This document shows positions 1-64,000 of a stretch of DNA of 64,000 nt, in pieces (the stretch's first letter is position 1; the number at the start of each line of letters is the position of its first letter). The DNA is from Octopus sinensis (Eukaryota), in contig NW_021835960.1 in the NCBI RefSeq assembly GCF_006345805.1, positions 115,358 to 179,357 on the forward strand, in the 5' to 3' direction. Made by a program: the position numbers and the translations under genes. Under the pieces are notes generated by a model. That model was not told the DNA's origin. It worked only from the letters and a program-made list of their open reading frames with translations, and ran no database searches.

Positions 1-60
1 TATCAGGATTCAGCTTTGCCTTTCATTGTACCAGTTTAGTACTGATCTGATCTAACCACC

Positions 61-281
61 TACAAGTGGGCTCTGGAAAGTTCCTGGCTTTGGGTAAAAG
101 AAAATACAAGAGGATCAGTTAACTATGATTTTATTCAACATATTCCCCTCTCAGATTCACACACTCATTGCAGTGATCCTTTAGTTTTTCTAAGCCCTGT
201 AAAAGAACTTGGAAGGTTGGACCTCCAACCAGGCCTTTTGCAATACCCTCAAAAGCAGGAATTTTTCAGCAAACCCTCATA
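61..281 (-). mobile_element. Mariner-derived MITE, copy 1 (221 bp)
   Basis: TA-flanked imperfect TIRs (tacaagtgggctctggaaagttcctggcttt / aaaagcaggaatttttcagcaaaccctcata). It is the reverse complement of 45967-46187. Confidence 0.75.
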
Positions 282-682
282 CATTCTCCCACTAAATATG
301 TGGCCTTGTACCTATATTAGAAATCATTATTTTATACTGTTAGATTTATTATCAAATTTAGCCTTTCATACTTCAGATATTGTTATTGTGCTACCAAGTA
401 AATCTAATGCTGTGGTAGTACAAGCTTCCTCTTTATTTTTTTCTGTCAAAACTAATACAATTGATTTACTCTATAGAGTAATTATAGCTTGGAAAAAAAA
501 TCCTGCTGCTTGGTGTATCAATAAATAATTAATATACCTCTGAAAAATCCTAGCATACAATGATGGTTGCAATTGATTAACAGAATTATGTTCTACACAT
601 GATTAGCTTTCCTCTTCAGGCACAAACAATACTTCAGACCCCCATCAATGGCAAACTCTCTTCAAAGCTCACTTGGGACCCA

Positions 683-1380
683 CTATCTATCTGGTTGGGT
701 GACTTGCCTGGACCAACACAATTCTTCCATGCCAGTCCTCTTTTGCAGTCTTCATATCCCTAACTTGATATCCTCCGTCTTCCACAAGTTGACTGATACT
801 TGCTCTTCTTGGTCTGCCAATAATACTTGTATGTCCATGCATGAGTTTTCAGAGAAGGAGATTACTGGAGAAGGAGAAGGAAATGACCACTGAGAACCAC
901 AATGCAGTATCACTGCTCCCATATTTGGTACAGTGCTGCTGCTACATCCACAGATATTCTGGACTACATCAAAGGAAAAGCCGCTTGAATTTTTGGTATG
1001 AAAACCATCACCAGCACATTCCAGCCTCCGGCCCACAAATATGTTGTCTCCTCTGTTGTTTTTATCATTACTGTAGTGGCCTCTTCTCCCCAGATTTAGC
1101 TGGCTTTGTGACACCTCCATTCAGACACTCTCAACTCATTCATCCATCTTTTTTCTTATCCTTAATATTGTGTTCACCTTTCTCCCCTTGCAGACCCTGC
1201 AATAAACAGCATGTCCTGTCTATCCTCATCAGAATGTTGTTCCTATGGAATTCTCACAATACTCGTGTTTTTGCTGCATTTGTCTGCTTGTAACTGTTCA
1301 AGAAGAACCTTCACTGCATCAATCTCAATGGTTTTGGAAGCCTGTGTATGCCATGGGTCCAGCTACTTGTTCAAAATCAA
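683..1380 (-). mobile_element. Degenerate 3' fragment of an RTE-clade LINE
   Basis: The minus strand reads HGHTSIIGRPRRASISQLVEDGGYQVRDMKTAKEDWHGRIVLVQASHPTR*, followed by a (GATA)-type tail. This resembles RTE-family ORF C-termini. Confidence 0.55.
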
Positions 1381-2076
1381 TTCAATTGTATTAATAAAAT
1401 AAAAATCTAACTTTCTGTTGTAATAAGGAACCCACAATATCAAGGACTTAGAGATTGAGAAGAAAAATTCTGTGGACCCCACTTGATATTGAAGATGTTA
1501 ATAATAATAATGATATAATACTCTTTAGCTTTATCTCTTGTTTTAATCATTGAACTGTGGCCATGCTGGAGCACTACTGTGAAGGATTTAAACAACAAAT
1601 TGACCACAGTACTTATTTTTTATTAAGACTAGTACTTATTCTATCAGTCTTTTTTGCCAAACTGCTAAGTTATAGGGATGCAAACCCATAAATAAACCAC
1701 CATTTGATTGAGTAAAATTATTGTATTACTTCCATTACTGTAATATATGTTTCAATATTGATCATGGATATTGAAATTCAAAGTATACAATATTTGTAAA
1801 AGTTTGGATGGTCATAGCTGGTATGCTTTTTATCATAGATCTGCTCTCTTACTTCGGTCATAGGACTAAGCAGTCATTACACAGAATTTTTTTTCAACAA
1901 CAAACCTTATTTTATCTGATAGCTACCAAAACTCCTCTAATATTTTCTAGTACAGGATTGTACTGGAGAGTGCTGTAGCTATTAAAATAGGATGCTTCTT
2001 GATTTCAGAATACTTTCATCCTCTTTAATATGTACTTTAGCACTTAGTATACCATTGTTAATATTAGTGTTCCACT

Positions 2077-2510
2077 AAGGGCACAGCTGGTAGAATTGTG
2101 AGCATGCCAGACAATATGCTAATGGCATTTCATCCATCTTTTACGTTCTGAGTTCAAATTCTGCCAAGGTTGACTTTGCCTTTCATCCTTTTGGGGTCAA
2201 TAAAATAAGTACCAGTTGAGCACTGGTGTTGATGTAATCGATTTACCCACTTCCTTGAAATTGCTGGCCTTGTGCCGAAATTTGAAATAATATTAGTACT
2301 ACTCAAGGCAGTGAGCTGGCAGAGTTGTTAGCATGCTGGGCAAAACTCCTTATCAGCATTTCACCCATCTTTATGTTCTGAGTTCAAGATCCACCAAGGT
2401 CAACTTTGCCTTTCTCCCTTTCAGGGTTGATAGTGTAAGTACCAGTTGAGCACTGGTGGTTGATGTAATCGACTTAGTCCCTCCCCTGAAAGTACTGATC
2501 TTGTGCCAAA
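2077..2510 (+). mobile_element. Two tandem tRNA-derived SINEs, family A (about 2077-2290 and 2305-2510)
   Basis: A-box-like gctggcaga..gttag, B-box-like gagttcaaatt, and shared body gactttgcctttcatcc...aagtaccagtt. Confidence 0.75.
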
Positions 2511-2633
2511 AGCATTATTAGTGTTCCTCTTATATTCAAACTGGTATTTAGGACTGGTAAATCTAATAGTTGCTGTGTGGCTAAGATGCTTGGCATAAAG
2601 CTAAAAGGTCACAGATTCATCATGCTCTGTTAT

Positions 2634-2844
2634 TTTTTACTTGTTTCAGTCATTGGGCTATGGCCAGCTGGCACACCCTAGCATTAATTTTTTTTTTTTT
2701 TCAAAGTCTGGTAGTTATTGTATCAGTCTCTTTTGTCAAACCAATAAAGTTACAAGAATGTAAACAACAAAACAACACCAGTTGTCAAGCATTGGTGGGG
2801 GACAAACATAACCATGCATGCATGCACACACACATGCCTACATG

Positions 2845-2895
<51 letters not shown>

Positions 2896-3056
2896 GTATG
2901 TATGTATTAATATATACATATATATGCGATGTGTTTCCACTCAATTTTTCTATACTCTATTCACTCACAATATATAGTAGAAGACACTTGTCCAAGGTGC
3001 TGCAGTGAGATTGAACCCAAAACTATATGATTGCAAAGTGGGATTCTTAACCATCC
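2634..3056 (-). mobile_element. tRNA-derived SINE, family B, with an internal (CA)n expansion
   Basis: Matches other family B copies (tacttgtttcagtca...acacttgtccaaggtgc...gaacc). Confidence 0.7.
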
Positions 3057-4306
3057 CCCGCCCCCACACTACCCATGCACATTGTACTTTGTGTATCTTT
3101 GCGAAAATTATATTACTCCTCCTCCTCCTCCTCCTCATCATCATCATCATCATTTTTACATTCCACTTTTCCATGCTGACTTGGGTTGGTTGTTTCTTCT
3201 TCAACACTGCATCTCACCAATTGTTTATATGCTTTCCTCATCATCTATTCTATGATGTTCAATGTTCCAAGATCAGCTTCCACCACCGATGTCCAATGTC
3301 ATCATTAGTAATCCTCCCTCACAGTCTCCATCTGCATAGATCTCCTGTCACTTCTTTATCCAAGTCTCATTATCCATCTATATATCACATCATATATCAC
3401 ATATAAAATTTGCCCTGTTTATAATTATACCGTATGTTACGTATATATTATTATCATACCCTGATACTGTGTGAACTAAGATCCCTGTGTGAACTAAGAT
3501 CCCTGGTATTTATAGTGTTAAACACTTTTGCTATGCAAATTAGGGACTCTTTCATAGAATAACTGCTACATTTGTTGAGTATATAAACAGTTTGGCTGCT
3601 TGTTTCTCTGGAGATTATCAAGGCATTGGCTGAGGCTGTAGTAAAAAAATACTTGGCCAAGGTAATGCACACTAAGCCTGGACCTGAAACCATGTGTGGT
3701 TGTAAGCCAAATGTCTTAACCACACAGCCATACTTACTCTGTCAGTGTACTTCAAATATGTATCTTCTCATCAGTGAGGCTCAGCCTTTTAAATTTGAAC
3801 TGTTTCTAACTTGGCTTACCTCTAATATTTTTCTCTTTTCTGTTTTTTTCTCTTTTTCTGACAAATGAACTAACAATAATACCTCAGGCTAATAAGAAAG
3901 CCTTTATGTCGTTCAGCCTGCTAGAATGAAATCTCTATCAAATTTACTGCTAGAATGAAATCTCTATCAAATTTCACCCTACCACCTTTAATAAAGAAAA
4001 GATGCATTAGATATTTTGCTCTAGATATGTGAAGACCTGCAGAATGAAAAAATACTTTTCTTGAAAACCGTAAGGGCTGGCAATGGGTAGGGCATCGAGA
4101 TATAGAATACTGATTCAATGAGTCTCTCACAGCCCATGCCAGGAAAGAAAAACTGGATTTTAAAATGATGATGATGGTGACAATGGTGATAATGTTATTT
4201 TTTTTAAATGGTTTATTTCAACATGGAAACCTTGTTGCTATATTTCCCATCTTCCTTTTTTTTTCTCACCTGATTTTCTCATTTTTTTCTTTGACTCTTT
4301 TTGTAG

Positions 4307-61729
<57,423 letters not shown>

Positions 61730-62024
61730 ATTTAAGAATTAGGCATTGTTACTACGCAACAAACTGAGAATTGTTTCTAGGCAACAAGCTATTAAACATG
61801 AAAGCATTTTTAGAGTGCTGTCTATCCTAGAGTGAAATGTATAGCAAAATGAGAAAGAAACTCTTTCCTCTCTTTTGCTATTTTTTTCTTTCAGAATGAA
61901 AAAGTGAAAGAATTATCTTGAAGAAATGGTTAGGATTTTGTACAGATTAAAATAATCAAATGGACTACATATTTTCTTTGTCTAATTTTTATATTTAAAG
62001 AAAAAATCCCAAGCAAAAGTAGGC

Positions 62025-62559
62025 AATAAATATATTTAACTTAAAATTTCACAGGGAGAGAAAAAAAAAAGAGAAATGAAAGAAAAATTATTAAAGGGAA
62101 ATTGCTTTAAAACTTGGGTTGCTTTTTCCGATATCTTATAATTTAATTTTTTTAATGGGATGGGATTCAGAGATTAATCATTCTTTTTAACTATTTTTAT
62201 TCCTCTTTTTCTAAGCTGACTGCATTTTCTACATCTGAGTCCAATTTTTATAAATTTTATCCAGCAAATTTACAGATCTATTTTCACTTCATCTCTATCA
62301 CTTATAATTCTACTCTATTGCAGTCTTTTCCCTTGCTCTTACCTTAATTTCTGACACATATTTTGTTTCTTTTTATTGAAATATTTCAAACCCTGCAATG
62401 TCCCCTGAAAACACCCTTAAATAAAAAAAAATATCATTTGCTATCAGAAAATTATATTTTTCTAGCTGCATTTTTTTTTTTATTATTATCCATTATCTAT
62501 TTTTTATTACCGTAACTATAAAAGTAAAAAATCAAACACCCCTAAAAGTAAAGAATAAA
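62025..62559 (+). promoter_or_regulatory. Candidate polyadenylation signals of the FER 3' UTR (AATAAA at 62025, 62420, 62554)
   Basis: Hexamers downstream of the stop. In AT-rich DNA these also occur by chance. Confidence 0.3.
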
Positions 62560-62886
62560 CTTTCATAACTGTGAGATATTTGATGAAATAATGAAGGTAA
62601 TAATCATTGGTAGTTATGATGATCAACTGAAGATATGAGGATTTTTCTAGAAGTTACATTGACCTCCAACTTGCACCCATATTTTTATTATTTCTAGAAG
62701 ATTTTTACAGTTTCTCACTGGCTTCTTTTCAGCCTTTCCCTGTGACAAACATGTAATGTGAAAGAAACTGCAGCTCTTCTCTCCCATGCATCGACACTTT
62801 CATACAAATATCTTTTCCATTTACTTTCATATTCTTTCTCTCTATCCATCAATCCATCCACATATCCATCCATCTATATATGTATG

Positions 62887-62954
<68 letters not shown>

Positions 62955-64000
62955 TATATATCCCTCTCCCTTCTTCTTACATATATGCACACACACACAT
63001 ATTTAAAATTATTTTTATACATAATATAATGGCCATAAGGATACTTCTATTCCTGCCAATCAATCAACCAACCAACCTACTTACACACAAACACATACAC
63101 ATAGACAACTCATTTCCAACAAAGTGTATATTTAGCATATACATTCAGACTCTCTATTCATCATATCAAATTGCTAATTTTTATCAAAATTGACAAAGAA
63201 TCTATTATAGAAACACAGAAATCCTAAGAATTTGATTCTACAACAGGAAAAACAAATAATTATTTGGGGACCAGTGTGTTCTGTCAGTTCTAAATACTTG
63301 GTTCGATTAAACCAATTGTATTGAGTGCCAACCTTAAAATTTTCTCCTCTCTAGGGTATCTACTGATACTTCCAGCTAATACTTTTTTTTCTCTCACTAC
63401 CCATTCACTCCTACTCCTGCTACATTTCTGTATAAAACAGTGAGTGTACCTTCAAAATCAAGCTCGGCACTACTCCTGTGTTCATTGGCTTTGACTATGC
63501 CAGATCTTGCATTGTCAGAGAATCATCTGCAGTGCCCTGGCAGCCCCCACTGAGGATTTAGTGATATGTGATGTGATGTAGATGCTGATATGATGTTAAT
63601 TCTTTCTTCTGCATTTGGATATCTGTTGTGCTATTGTTACTTTTTAAAGGCAATGGAATTCCAGAATCCATACAGTGACAGGGAAAATATATCTCACAGC
63701 ATTTGGTTGTTGCATTTTATGTTCTTACTTCAAATCTTGCCGAACCTGACTTTGCCATTTAAGTACACCTGTAAAATATAGGAATGGATGTAACCAACTG
63801 TTTGGGATTTGTGTTTATGTTAAACACTAACTTTACATACTAATTCTCAATACATCCTACCCTTCTAACACAAAGAATCTGTTTTATTCATGCATATTCA
63901 CACACACGCTCCTCCCTAGAGTTCCCATCAATGAATGATATTTAATCTTTGGAAAAATTGCAGTGAATTACTGCAAACTCAATAAGTGGCTTGGTGACAA

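Noticed and set aside
217-1402. ORFs 217-528, 752-1120 and 841-1293 as independent genes or upstream FER exons
   Set aside because: They overlap MITE and RTE relics, have no F-BAR similarity and show no coherent splice signals.

Overview
This is AT-rich, repeat-dense metazoan genomic DNA. The SINE families and microsatellite landscape point to an Octopus-like coleoid cephalopod, but that is inference. The window is dominated by one plus-strand, multi-exon gene encoding a Fer/Fes(Fps)-family non-receptor tyrosine kinase. I can trace 16 coding exons from 4307 to the stop at 61727-61729, covering the distal F-BAR, FX, linker, SH2 and kinase regions; the 5' exons lie upstream of the window. All splice phases are consistent except the first junction (4403 to 7648). 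The FX-SH2 linker spans about 25 kb and carries three symmetric phase-0 exons that all begin with Asp and end with Glu, suggesting duplicated or cassette exons. Introns contain tRNA-derived SINEs, RTE, CR1-like and CRE-like LINE fragments, Penelope-like fragments (a GIY-YIG relic and a mutated hammerhead ribozyme), a solo LTR with a 4-bp TSD, mariner, hAT, TTAA and Merlin-like MITEs, a non-autonomous Helitron, minisatellites and several long inverted repeats. No rRNA, true tRNA or CRISPR array is supported. All coordinates and translations were read by hand, and repeat boundaries are approximate (about 10-20 bp).
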